DNA from: Octopus vulgaris
Lineage: Eukaryota
Assembly (NCBI GenBank): GCA_951406725.2
Contig: OX597838.1
Coordinates: 10,044,001-10,108,000, forward strand
Direction: 5' to 3'
Length of the DNA stretch: 64,000 nucleotides
Below are positions 39,504 to 51,000 of the stretch, in pieces. Every line of letters begins with the position of its first letter. Positions within the stretch are counted from its first letter, which is position 1. The translations under genes and the position numbers were made by a program. Under the pieces are notes generated by a model. That model was not told where the DNA came from. It did not search any database and saw nothing but the letters and a program-made list of their open reading frames with translations.

Positions 39504-42296
39504 TTAAACTCTGAGAAAAAGTCACAGATTCTTCATAAAGAACTTGTGATAATGGTTATTAAGTTATTGTGAATATCCAGAACTTTACTGTTCTTACTTG
39601 AATATGCCTTTTATTAATTAGTGAGTTAGTGTTTGTAGTTCAAATTAAAAGGAAAAAATGGATGATTTGTTAACAACTTATCTTGAACATAAATTTGGAT
39701 AGAATTGTATAAGTTGTATTTGGTGGTTGTTGATATTTTGTGGCAGTGCACTTGAATTGCTGTCATGTATATTTGGATTTTTCTAGTTATTTTTAAGTTC
39801 TGTTGATGTTCGGTTGAATCCATTAAAATTATAATTTTGCATCTACTTTCTATGCTGGTATGGGATGGATGGCCCAGAAGGTTCCAATAGACTATTTCTT
39901 AAATTAGTATCTCAATTTTGGCTTGTGTATCTACAGCTGGATGCTTTTCCTAACACCAACCTTCTACGGAGGGTACTAGGTTTTTTTGGGGTTTTGGTTT
40001 TTTTTACATGGTGCCAACACTATAGAAGTTATCCTGACTTCAGCAAAACCAAAGAGTAGTCCTCTCAGTGAATAAGTTACTGTTAATTTATTCCCAGTGT
40101 GTCTTGGAGGGTCATTATGCCAATAATAAACACATGCGGATTCTGTTTCACTTCTTTATTATTTATTTGTCTATTGCTTAACTATTCAACCAATTAACTA
40201 ATTAACTGTTTGATTAATCGTTTGGTCAATCAATTAATCAGGTTTATGAAAGTGCTTTTGACGGCGTTCATGACCTCATCAATGACATACTCTCTCTACT
40301 TCGGATCTGTTTACACGGTAATGAAGGACTTTGACAAACAAATAAATAAAACAGAACCTGTACATGTGGTTCTTATTTGGATACTGATCCTCCTGGGATA
40401 CAACAGAATGTTTCACCACATGAGTTCACATCAAGAATCTTGCAAACCAAATACAAGGACAAAATATTATAAATCTATATTTGGTCTAGTCTCTTTCTTT
40501 ATATAGGTGTCCCCTCACTTGGGTTCTGGCTCCATTTTACTTCATGCATTCTCTTCCATAGAAGCTGAAATATTTACAGTTTGGTCTAGGGAAGAAGAAC
40601 GTTGTTCAGGATCTTTTGCAGGATCGTGGGGTTGGGTGGGGAAGACTTAAGGCTGGAGACCTGTTCTGAATGTTACCAACAGATTGGACTCTCTTAAAAG
40701 CAACAAAGGTCCACGTGATGATGTTATACAGGATGACCAACTACATTTACCTCTCAGTCTTCCACTGCACAATTTCTAACTAATGCCATGGTAGAATATA
40801 GTTGACCAGACTGTCCACCAAAAGTACTGAGTCTGGGCCTAACTTCTTAATGATATGTCCAAGCAGAGTATTCAATCATTATTGTCTTAGTTCATCATTT
40901 CGTCCACTTTGCCTTGCTTGCATGAGTTTGATGGAGTTTATTGAGGCAGATTCTCTACATCTGGATGTCCTTCTTGTTTCTAAATTATGTAATATTTTCC
41001 CATTGCTAGACCTTTTTTTTTCTACAGAAGACTCCGAAACAATAATGCTCATTTACAACCATCAGGTGACATCTAGGCAAGGGTACACACATACTCACAT
41101 TCATACATATATACATGCAAGCACACACATACACAAACACACAACAGCAGGCTTCTTTTGGTGTCTGTATACCACATCTACTCATAGCTTTGCTCATCCA
41201 ATAGCTATAATAGAAGACACTTGCCCAAGGTGCCACACAGTGGGACTGAACTTAAGACCACATCATTGGGAAGCCGGCTTCTTAACCACATGCATGTCCT
41301 TGTTATATTTATTATTGAAAACCCATTGCTCAGGCCTACATATTACATATTTTTGCTTCTGGGTGAGACGAGGTTCCTCAAGTTTTGTTCTTTAGAAATT
41401 ATTGATGTTACTACTACTACTACTACTGCTACTACTGCTACTACATTTCATCATCATTGTGAACAAATGTCAATCTTATTTTAATGTAGTTTTGCCCACT
41501 CTGTAACCTCCCCTCTTCTATCTAGCAGTTGTTTACATAGCAGGATCTGTTATTGGTCTTGTCAATTTGTGTCTTGTTTTAAAAAAATGTCTTTAACTCA
41601 GGAACTATAGCCTTAAACTTAACTTAATCCAGATTTGGGAACATTTAGTTCTGCTGAAACCTAATGAACAGCTGGAGGGTTAAGGCAAATGAGTCATACC
41701 TTGATTAGTATTCTTCTCTTGAAAGAAACTGACTTACACTACAAATAAAATATATAAATAAACAAGTTTACTTCTTTGAAATATAATTTCTAATAACGAC
41801 ACACTCATTCACCTCAAGAGGTATTTTACTAATTTTGTATGTTATAAATGTTTAACAAAACCAAACAATATAAAGAAAGACCATTTAGTATTGTTACAGG
41901 CTTGCTGTATAATCATCATTGTATATCTATCTTCCTCGTGCTCCTGTTATTGTTAATCACCATATATTTAAATATTTACTTGAAGAACCAAATTTTTTCT
42001 ATTCACTATTCTGTGAAGGTCGTGCTTCAATCTAGATGATGATGATGGTGATGATTGTTAACCTTGATGGCTGTGAACTGTGATAAAAAGGAAATGTGTG
42101 AATGCATCTGATAACCTGAGGGGATTGTTAGAAGAGTTAGTGTTTAGCTTAAGTTTTTGCTGTTCTATTGATGGTGTATGATACTCATCTTATTGGTGAT
42201 CTGATGCTGGTTATCTCAGGCAACTTAAGACAATCTGGTGCCAATATCCTAACATTTCAGTGGATTGTTGTATGTTGCAATGAATATGAGAATTAA

Positions 42297-42513
42297 CCCT
42301 TTCGTTACCAACCCGGCCAAAACCGGCTCTGGCTCTGTAGTACAAATGTCTTGTTTTCATAAGTTTTGCATCAAAATATACCACCAAACCTTAGTCGCAA
42401 TTTATATTCCTAACACTAGCTGAATGATAACTAAGTTATTTTACTAAATTCTTTGTTATATTTAAAGTAATTGAAAGAAAGGCAGAGCATCTCAAAATAG
42501 AGTAACGAAAGGG
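42297..42513. mobile_element. MITE family 1
   Basis: TTAA TSDs and TIRs. Confidence 0.9.
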
Positions 42514-43112
42514 TTAAAGAGCAATGAGCTTTCAGTTTGAGGTGTTGGGCTCCATTGGTGGCACAAGTTGGAACCCTGCTATAATCGTTGTATCGTACCT
42601 CTAGACCAGCTGCATCATCATCATCATCATTGTTTAACATCTGTTTTCTATGCTGGTATGGGTTGGATGGATTGATAGCAGCTGGCAAACTGGAGGACTG
42701 CACATAGCTCCTATGTTTGCTTTGGTATTCAGATTTCTATGGCTGGATCCCCTTCCTAATGCCAACCACTTCACAGATTGTACTGGGTGTTTTATACACA
42801 GAATCAACTCAAGTGAGGTCACAAAGTAGGGTGTAGTATTGAGTGGGGTGGCTTTTTGTCAAATGAGGAGAGGTTAAAGTATGACAGAGGGGCAGGAACA
42901 AGTGTCTTGCAGTAGAGGAAATACATAGGTACCCCAGTTGGAAATATCTGTTTAAATGGTTTTGACTAACAAATGGGTAAATGGTAGAATATTCAGCTGT
43001 AAAAACAAAACTGTTGGTCTGCAGTGCAAAGACTAACCAAAAGCACAACCCAATAACAAATTAGTGGCTGCACTTAGTCCATATCGAGTTCATATGATCC
43101 TCATTGCTTGCA

Positions 43113-43503
43113 TACTCTCTCTCTTTTACTCTTTCACTTGTTTCAGTCATTTGACTACGGCCATGCTGGAGCACCGCCTTTAGTCGAGAAAATCGACCCT
43201 GGGACTTATTCTTTGTAAGCCCAGTACTTATTCTATCAGTCTCTTTTGCCGAACCGCTAAGTGACGGGGACGTAAACACACCAGCATCGGTTGTCAAGCA
43301 ATGCTAGGGGGACAAACACAGACACACACATACATATATATGACAGGCTTCTTTCAGTTTCCGTCTACCAAATCCACTCACAAGGCATTGGTCGGCCCGG
43401 GGCTATAGCAAAAGACACTTGCCCAAGATGCCACGCAGTGGGACTGAACCTGGAACCATGTGGTTGGTTAGCAAGCTACTTACCACACAGCCACTCCTGC
43501 GCC
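43113..43503 (-). mobile_element. SINE family A, full length
   Basis: Reverse complement of 59767-60171 over its whole length. Confidence 0.9.
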
Positions 43504-43962
43504 TTTTTAATTTTCAAAATGTTGATAATACACCTGGACTCAATATTCCACCAGTTCAGTTTGATAATGTATGCTCTTTATTTTGGTTACTGGAGCTTTT
43601 CAGAATGTACAATATTAACATGTATCGTTAATCATTTCAGTGTCTGAATTTCACTTAGAGTATGAAGCTACATTGATTAGGAAGCACACAGACTCTTACT
43701 TCTAGTACTGAATTAATACAAAGATTGTGTGTGTGATGTTAGGAAGAAGAAAAAAAGCACTTCTTTGAAATTGCAATAGTTTAGATATTGCAAATGTCTG
43801 AACCACACAAGCATGCTTATGAATCCAAATGATTAGTTGTGATTAACTCTAGTTCCTGCAATGTCTTTTAGATTGGAAGACTATAGAATTGCAGAAACAT
43901 CTATTGCAACCACTCTTATTTATGAAAACTGTGACAATCCTGTTTAACTCGATCATATAAAG

Positions 43963-44164
43963 CAGTGCTTTTCAACCTTTTTGCAGGAGCGGAACCCCAA
44001 GGAAACATTCCACTGGCTCAAGGAACCCCTGTGCAATAATTTAATAGTCTTATGCACAAATATCTGCACAGGAGATTTAAAAAGTACTGCCGATTTTAGC
44101 AGTTTTGTAACTTCTTGCGGGAACCTCTGGACTGTACTGGCGGAACCCTAGTTGAAAACCATTG
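43963..44164. mobile_element. hAT/Charlie-like MITE
   Basis: TIRs CAGTGCTTTTCAAC / GTTGAAAACCATTG and repeated subterminal GGAACC motifs. Confidence 0.8.
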
Positions 44165-45193
44165 ATCTATAATTTTGGTGATATTTTCAACCTGTGGGTT
44201 TCCTTAACTACTTGCCTGTGGGAGGTTGAAGGAGTTATTTTGCAGCTAAGTAGCTGTCCAGTGAAGTTCAGAAATGCACCTTATTTCAGTACAAGGTATT
44301 TCAGTCGGTCATTCAACACTTGGACTTTGAACTTCTGCACACAAATGTTTCACATTACACACAAAATGACTATGTGGTAAGAGGTTTGCTTCCCAACCAC
44401 GTAGTTTCAAGTTCGGTCCCACTACGTGGCACTTCGGACATGTCTTCTTCTATAGCACCAGGCTGACCAAAGCCTTGTGAGTGGATTTGGTAGACAGAAA
44501 CTGAAAGAAGCCCTTCATATAATACATGTCTTTGCATAATAGTTGTAAGCATGTGTCACCATTCCAATCTTTTGTGGAAACCTGTCTGGTCAGTTGGAAA
44601 TATTTCACTTGGAAGCAGGTAAGGGTTGACAACAGAAGAGGCAACCAGTTACATAAAAATCCACCTCGCCAAATTCTGTCAGACACATTTGAGCACAGAA
44701 AAGTGGACATTAAAACGATAATTATTATATGGTAAGGATAAAGTGTTTGCTCAAAAATGTTTCTGGTGACTCCACCATAGCAACATAAAGTAACCTTGTT
44801 ATGTGTGCAAGATAAGCATAGATAGGTAAAGAAAAAAGCCTTTCTGACTTATTAAATGACCACGGGGCACACATTGTTGCTACTATTTAGATAAGTAGCA
44901 GAATGAATAAATATATCTTTGATAGTTGGGGAACTTAGCAAACTATAACTAAAAATTGAAGCAAATAATTTTAAACATCTAGCATTGAGATTTCTTTGTC
45001 AAATATAATGCTTATTATTCACATTGTTTTGAATTATGCATTACCTTGTAGCTTCAAGATATTGCTGATGTGTTTGTATATTTTTAGAATGACATTGTAG
45101 GGGAGGTGTGAGAGGTTGGATCTGGTCAGTTTTAGCATAAAATACATAGAATATTAGGGTCAGTTTTGGCTGGTTTAAATGCTAAAGGGTTAA

Positions 45194-45410
45194 CCCTTTC
45201 GTTACCGTATTTCTGTTGAGATGCTCTGTGTTTCTTTGAATTATTTTAAGTATAACAAAGAATTTAGTAAAATAACTTACTAAATAACTACAGCTAGTGT
45301 TAGGAACATAAATTGTGACTAAGGTTTGGTGGAAGATTTTAATTCAAAATTTATGAAAGCAAGACATTTGTACTCCAGAGCCGGTTTCAGCCGGGTTGGT
45401 AACGAAAGGG
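45194..45410. mobile_element. MITE family 1 (opposite orientation), abutting a family-2 MITE through a shared TTAA
   Basis: ...GCTAAAGGG|TTAA|CCCTTTCGTTACC... with the TTAA at 45190-45193. Confidence 0.9.
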
Positions 45411-45965
45411 TTAAAGAACCCAATGTGATGAGCCACCCCTACTGTATTCAAAAGTATTGGTGCTCTCCACACAGCTATCTATGTCTGTGGATTACCTCCA
45501 GGCATGAAATTTCTTAATAATGAAATATGAAGCAGCCTGAGATGATATATACAAAAAGTTTACTCTGCCCCAGATATTGAGTTCTTTTTGGTTTGTCAGT
45601 AAGAGTAGTTTGTAAGTAGAAATACTTGCAAATACAATCCTTTGTTCTGATTGGGAAAATAGGCAAACAGTCAATACTGTCTAATTCAGTGGTTCTCAAC
45701 CAGGATCCATGTAGCCCCTTAGGGGCCATATAAGATTTTTAGGGGTCCATGCAACAAAAGTTGGAGTTTAATGCATAAAAAGGTTTTTACATAAAATTAT
45801 GATGGGCAGTTTAAATGTGAGCAGTTTTGTATCAGAACCAAACACGTTGCTATCAGAAGGACTAATGTTATATTTAGTCCATAAATACTATTATCAAGAT
45901 CCCAGTACTTATCTCTACTACTGTGGTACTAAGCAGATGGTATTATGCTGATGCGAGTATTATAC

Positions 45966-46188
45966 AAGGTGGCGAGCTGGCAGAATTGTTAGCACGCCGG
46001 GCGAAATGCTTAGCAGTATTTCGTCTGCCGTTACGTTCTGAGTTCAAATTCCGCCGAGGTCGACTTTGCCTTTCATCCTTTTAGGATCGATTAAGTAAGT
46101 ACCAGTTACGCACTGGGGTCGATATAATCGACTTAATCCGTTTGTTTGTCCTCTCTGTGTTTAGCCCCTTGTGGGTAGTAAAGAAATG
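45966..46188 (+). mobile_element. tRNA-derived SINE, family B, young copy with TSD
   Basis: A-box-like TGGCAGAATTG and B-box GAGTTCAAATTCC; CpGs retained; GGTATTATGCTG repeated at 45939-45950 and 46189-46200. Confidence 0.9.
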
Positions 46189-46344
46189 GGTATTATGCTG
46201 CTGCATCTGTACAGAAGTCTATCATAAACAATTCACAGATGGTGTCACTGTCCTCAACAGATAGATGAGCTAAGACATACAGAAGTGCTGTATGGACATA
46301 GACCTATGACCTGTTGTTGAAAACCACTAAAACATTGCTTCTAC

Positions 46345-46630
46345 CATAATGCAGGGGGAGTTGTTTGAGGTAGACTTCTGGTGAGACAGCTGCAAGAAAA
46401 TTGCTTGATAAAGAACAAAATTCTAGTTTATATTCATGGACTCGATGAGGCTCTTGTCAGAGTTGTTCAACCCAAAATTTATTGATAAGTAAGCTAAAAT
46501 TTATGATGTTTAGTATATGAAAGCCCTTGAGGACCATCTGTATACCAATGACTTGAGACTCATTGCAGAATCTCTCAAAAGTTTATAGACCCGAATGAAT
46601 AAACTCTCTTCAAAAGGCCAGAAAGTGAAC
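46345..46630 (+). mobile_element. Highly decayed RTE RT fragment
   Basis: CTGGTGAGACAGCTGCAAGAAAA resembles 26909-26931; LYTNDLRLIAES resembles LYADDLVLIAES. Confidence 0.55.
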
Positions 46631-47050
46631 AAAACAAATATTGGTTTGGAATCTTTTGGCACAAGGCCAGCAATATCAGAGTAGGAGGATATTCAGTTAT
46701 ATCAAATTCAGTGCACAACTGGTATTTATTTTATCAAACGTAAAAGGATGAAAAGTCAAGTGAATAAAACAAATATTAAGGTACATAGATATGAGTGGAG
46801 TTCAAAAGGCTGTTTGTAGAAAGACCTTACTGAATGTCTTGTAGAAACATGGGTAAGAATTATTTTAATTAACTTGCAATACTGATATTCTTGGCTGGGT
46901 CCCAAATGCGACAACTAATACTCTCCTGCTCCCCAAAACCCTTAACCTTCATATTTAAAACTGTTAAGACAACAGGGAAACTGCTCTGTTGCATAAGTGG
47001 TAATGAATATATTTTGAGAAGAGTTAATGAATTGGATTATGATTACTTTT

Positions 47051-47140
47051 TACTAACGAGTATTTGATTTGTTCTACCTTGAAAATTATTTTGTCTTTTG
47101 CTGCGACTCTTATATCTCTTCCTTTTATTCTCATTGCAGG
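47051..47140 (+). promoter_or_regulatory. Candidate branch point, polypyrimidine tract and 3' splice acceptor upstream of the giant ORF
   Basis: TACTAAC at 47051-47057, no AG from 47061 to 47137, then TCTCTTCCTTTTATTCTCATTGCAG|G (AG at 47138-47139). Confidence 0.65.
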
Positions 47141-47912
47141 TCACAAACTTCAAGATAAACAGATGAATACAGTGTGTGCAGCTCTGGCCATAACATCATG
47201 TCTGCATTGAAACTTGTTTCCCCCACCCCATTAATATGAGCTCCTTATATGCCCAGCCAATAACAAGAACCATAGCCTGGCCATTATAGTTCTTGTCCTC
47301 AGCTGTTATACAATTGGTGTGAATTGAATGATCCAGTGTCAGATGATGTTTTAACACTTACTGTAGATATCAAACACAGGCGGAGAATTCTGCCAAAGCA
47401 AAGCCAAGCTCTGTGAATGTAACTTACTTGGTGTCTATATTACAATCAGATGAAGAATGTTTCTCACCACATTTTCTTTCATCCCTTTAACATGATTACA
47501 TAAAAATCCTTCCTGTGAAATATTTAAAAAAAAAAAAAAAAAAACAGTATTGTGTGTGTGTATATATATAAAAACAGTCCTCGTTTGCACAAAGGATTAA
47601 TCTTTGTCACTGTAACTACAAACATTCTCTCTGTAAATGCTATTTGTGTTAACCATGGCTCATGTACAGTAATGTTACCAAATCTATCTCATGGATGTAT
47701 ATAGATATCTGTGTCTACATGGAGAAAATACCGAGTAGATTTGTCCATGCAATCCATTTTTGTTGCTGCAAAAATATTTTAAGCCTTTAGGTTCACTGCT
47801 GATACAGTACAAAGCTGCAATGAGAACCCTAAAAGCCATGTCTTTTGTCTACCCATCTAAAGAAAGGGCCTTAAAATCATAAAAATACAAGGAAAAAAAA
47901 ACAACTCAACAA

Positions 47913-47913
47913 C

Positions 47914-47944
<31 letters not shown>

Positions 47945-47948
47945 ATAT

Positions 47949-47979
<31 letters not shown>

Positions 47980-47991
47980 AATATATATATA
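47913..47991. repeat. (TA)n(CA)n(TA)n microsatellite 30 bp upstream of the ATG
   Basis: Seen directly. Confidence 0.95.
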
Positions 47992-48020
47992 AAATTATCA
48001 AACCATAAAGTTTGTCAGAA

Positions 48021-51000
48021 ATGTCTGCAAACAAAAAGCGTGGTGTCAGTAGCCGTGTCTCAAAGGCTGAGCAAGCACTAAAGAGCAGCAGCGGTAATGG
48101 CAGACCAGGAAGGTTGGTGGTAGAGTCTGGAGAAGATACTCCCAAGTCAGTGGAGAAATCTTCCTCAAAGTCTAGTGAAAGCGTTGGAAATCAAACCCCA
48201 AAGACCTCTGTGAATGCTGGAAAAGCTGTTCGTAAAGCTGGACGCCCTCGAAAGCCTCGCGACGGTGATGGCAGTACACCAGCAACTTCCACAGCCCTAC
48301 AGAACCCTGCCACTCTTTCTACCTCTGGTCCGCTGTCATCTGTTGGTGCCAAAAAAAGAGGCCGAAAAGCCAAGAATCCCGAATCTGCAGTTTCCACTGG
48401 GAGGAAAAAGAGTATTAATAAACGTGCCCTTGAAATTGTGGATACTTCGAAAGCAGCAATGGAGAAGTTACAAAAGAAAAAACCCAAAGGAACAAAGTTG
48501 TTGGCCACAACAAAAAGTAAAAAAATAGGGAAAGTTTACACAGAAAAGGGAATTCTTAGCAAAGTAAAGAAGGTTTGTCCAACAGAAAGCAAAGGCGCTA
48601 ACAAGAAAGCTGCCAAAGAACTACAGTCTGTAAATAATAGTAAACTAAAATCTTCAACTTTGCATAAAGTTCTCAAAGGTTCTAAAACAAAGAAATTGTT
48701 TTCAAACTCTGAAACTGATACCAGTGAAAGCAGCAAAATGCCAAAATCCAAAAAACTAGGGCACAACAAAGACAGTAGCGGGACTGGGCTTAAAAAGGTT
48801 AAGCTAAAAACTTTGATTAAGATGAAAAAATCTGGTAGTCAGCCAGGTAGGAAACGCAAAATACCTCAAGCTGAGTGTGAAGATTCTAAAAAGAAAACCA
48901 AAGCCAAAAAAATTGTCCAAAGTACTCCGGCCATTATCTCAAAACGGAAGTGCAAAAGTAAAAAAAATGACAATCCAGAAAGTGAGAGCAAAGGCCAGTT
49001 GGTGATAAAGAAAAAACCAGGTCCTGTGAAAGGAAGTAAAAAGGCTGTCCCAAAGACTTCTGCACTTGATACTAGCAGTAAAGTACAGAAACTGAAGAAA
49101 TCGTTATCGGATAAATTAAAAATTAAGAAATATAAGAAAGTGAAAGATAACCCGTCTCCGCACAGACTTAGTGGCGCTGAAAACGTGGTTCAGCAATCCA
49201 ACAAGTTTGAATCAGCCGATAATAGTAGAATATGTGAAACAAAAGATATTCGCTTCTCAAAGACATCTCCACTTGAGTCAGGTACACCTACGAATGGAGC
49301 AGAAAGTTCTAAAAGACTGGTGAAAACTACACTGGACAGTCATAAATTGAATGTTCAGGGTGTCCATGAAAGTGAAATATCCGATTGTTTCAAACAAGGA
49401 GTTAATGAGGATTCTATCAACAATGTCGTAGAACTGGCTGACATGTCTAACAGTGAAGGACTCAATACTGTCTTGGTGCCAAACAAGACCAAATTCCTCA
49501 ACTCTTCGGTGACTGATGTTACGGACAGCGAAGATGTAAATACACAAAGCACAATAGACAGTGAGGATGTCACTACGCGAAGTACTCTCGATAGCGAGGA
49601 TGTGAATACTCAGAGTACCGTGGAAAGTGATCGAGTGACTACTCCTTGTACAGTTGATAGTGAGGCAGTCAATACTCCAGGTACTGTTGATAGTGATCAG
49701 GTTAACACACCATATACCATAGATAGTGAAGATATAAATACTCAGAGTACTGCAGACAGTGAGAGGATCAATACTCCTTGTACAGAAGAAAGTGAAAACG
49801 CCATCCCTCCGCTTTCTGTTGACAGTGAGGAGGTGAACACCCCTTGCAGTGTCTTCAGTGAACAGGTGAACACCCCTTGCAGTGTCCTCAGTGAACAGGT
49901 GAACACTTCCTGCAGTGTAGATAGTACAGAGGCTGCAATGCCAAGCTCAATAGAAAGTGAACGGATTAATACACCTTGTTCGATTGATGCTGACGATCCG
50001 AGCAGTTGTGAACTGGTAGCTTCAGATTTGAAGGCTACTCCTGTTGTCAGTTCCCAGAGTCTAGAATACAACACTGTGGAATCTTCGAAAACCCCAGTTA
50101 ATCTGAAGGTGGAAGACAATGTGTGTTCCAATCAGACGTTAAGTAGTCTTGAACCGAAGTCACCAGCAGCAGCAGCAGCGGCGGCAAGTGTGGAACCATC
50201 AATTTTACTTGATAACCAATCCAAAGAAGTGATTAATACGGGTAGACAGAGTTCACTTCCAAACTCAGAAAGTTCTGAACCAAACCAAGCTGACTGCCAG
50301 TCGTTTCCCAACCAGTCCAGAGTTGAAGTGGAGGATGACATTTATGCCAAACCAGCAAGCTCTGTGGAAATGAGTCCTTTACTTTTGGAACTTTCCCCTG
50401 CTGAAAGTGACATAAACGTAGTTGATGATGTCGAGGTTGTTGACCCCACTAACACATCACCAACTGAACCAGATCTGTCTACAGACAATCAGGCAGATCT
50501 TGGCTCAGAGTTGATTCGCAGTCCTGTTTCACACAGTAAGAAAGCTTCCGAGCAGTTGCTGGAAATGCAACATTCTACAGAAGAAAATCATGGAGATTGT
50601 TCTACGTTTTCAGCACTGAAGGAGAAAAATTGCGATGACTCTTCGGTGTTTACTGTTCAGGCAAAACTTGTGTCTTCAAATCCGTCAGTTGAATTAGTTT
50701 CAGATGCCACCAGTTCTATGCCGGTGTTTTCATCAACTGTTAGCAAAGATCTTCAAGCAACAAATGTTGCAGCCGTATTTATTCCCTCTGCAAAGGCTGA
50801 GGACGAAGCTTACAGATCTAAATGCTGCACCAATGATGTTGGAAGTCTTGCAGAACCAGTGCAAAAAGAACTTGCTATTGCTGCAGAAGATAGTAAAGAA
50901 TCTGTGACTGATGAAGTGTTGGAAAAGTCAGCATGTGTCAATATGCCTGGCTTGGTGTCTGTCATCTCAAGACCTTCCATTATTTCTTCAAGTAAAACAG

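Noticed and set aside
40802-41395. 197-aa plus-strand ORF
   Set aside because: Runs through decayed retroelement and SINE-A sequence and a CA-rich tract.
48012-48020. ORF-track start at 48012
   Set aside because: It is a TTG codon; the first ATG is at 48021.
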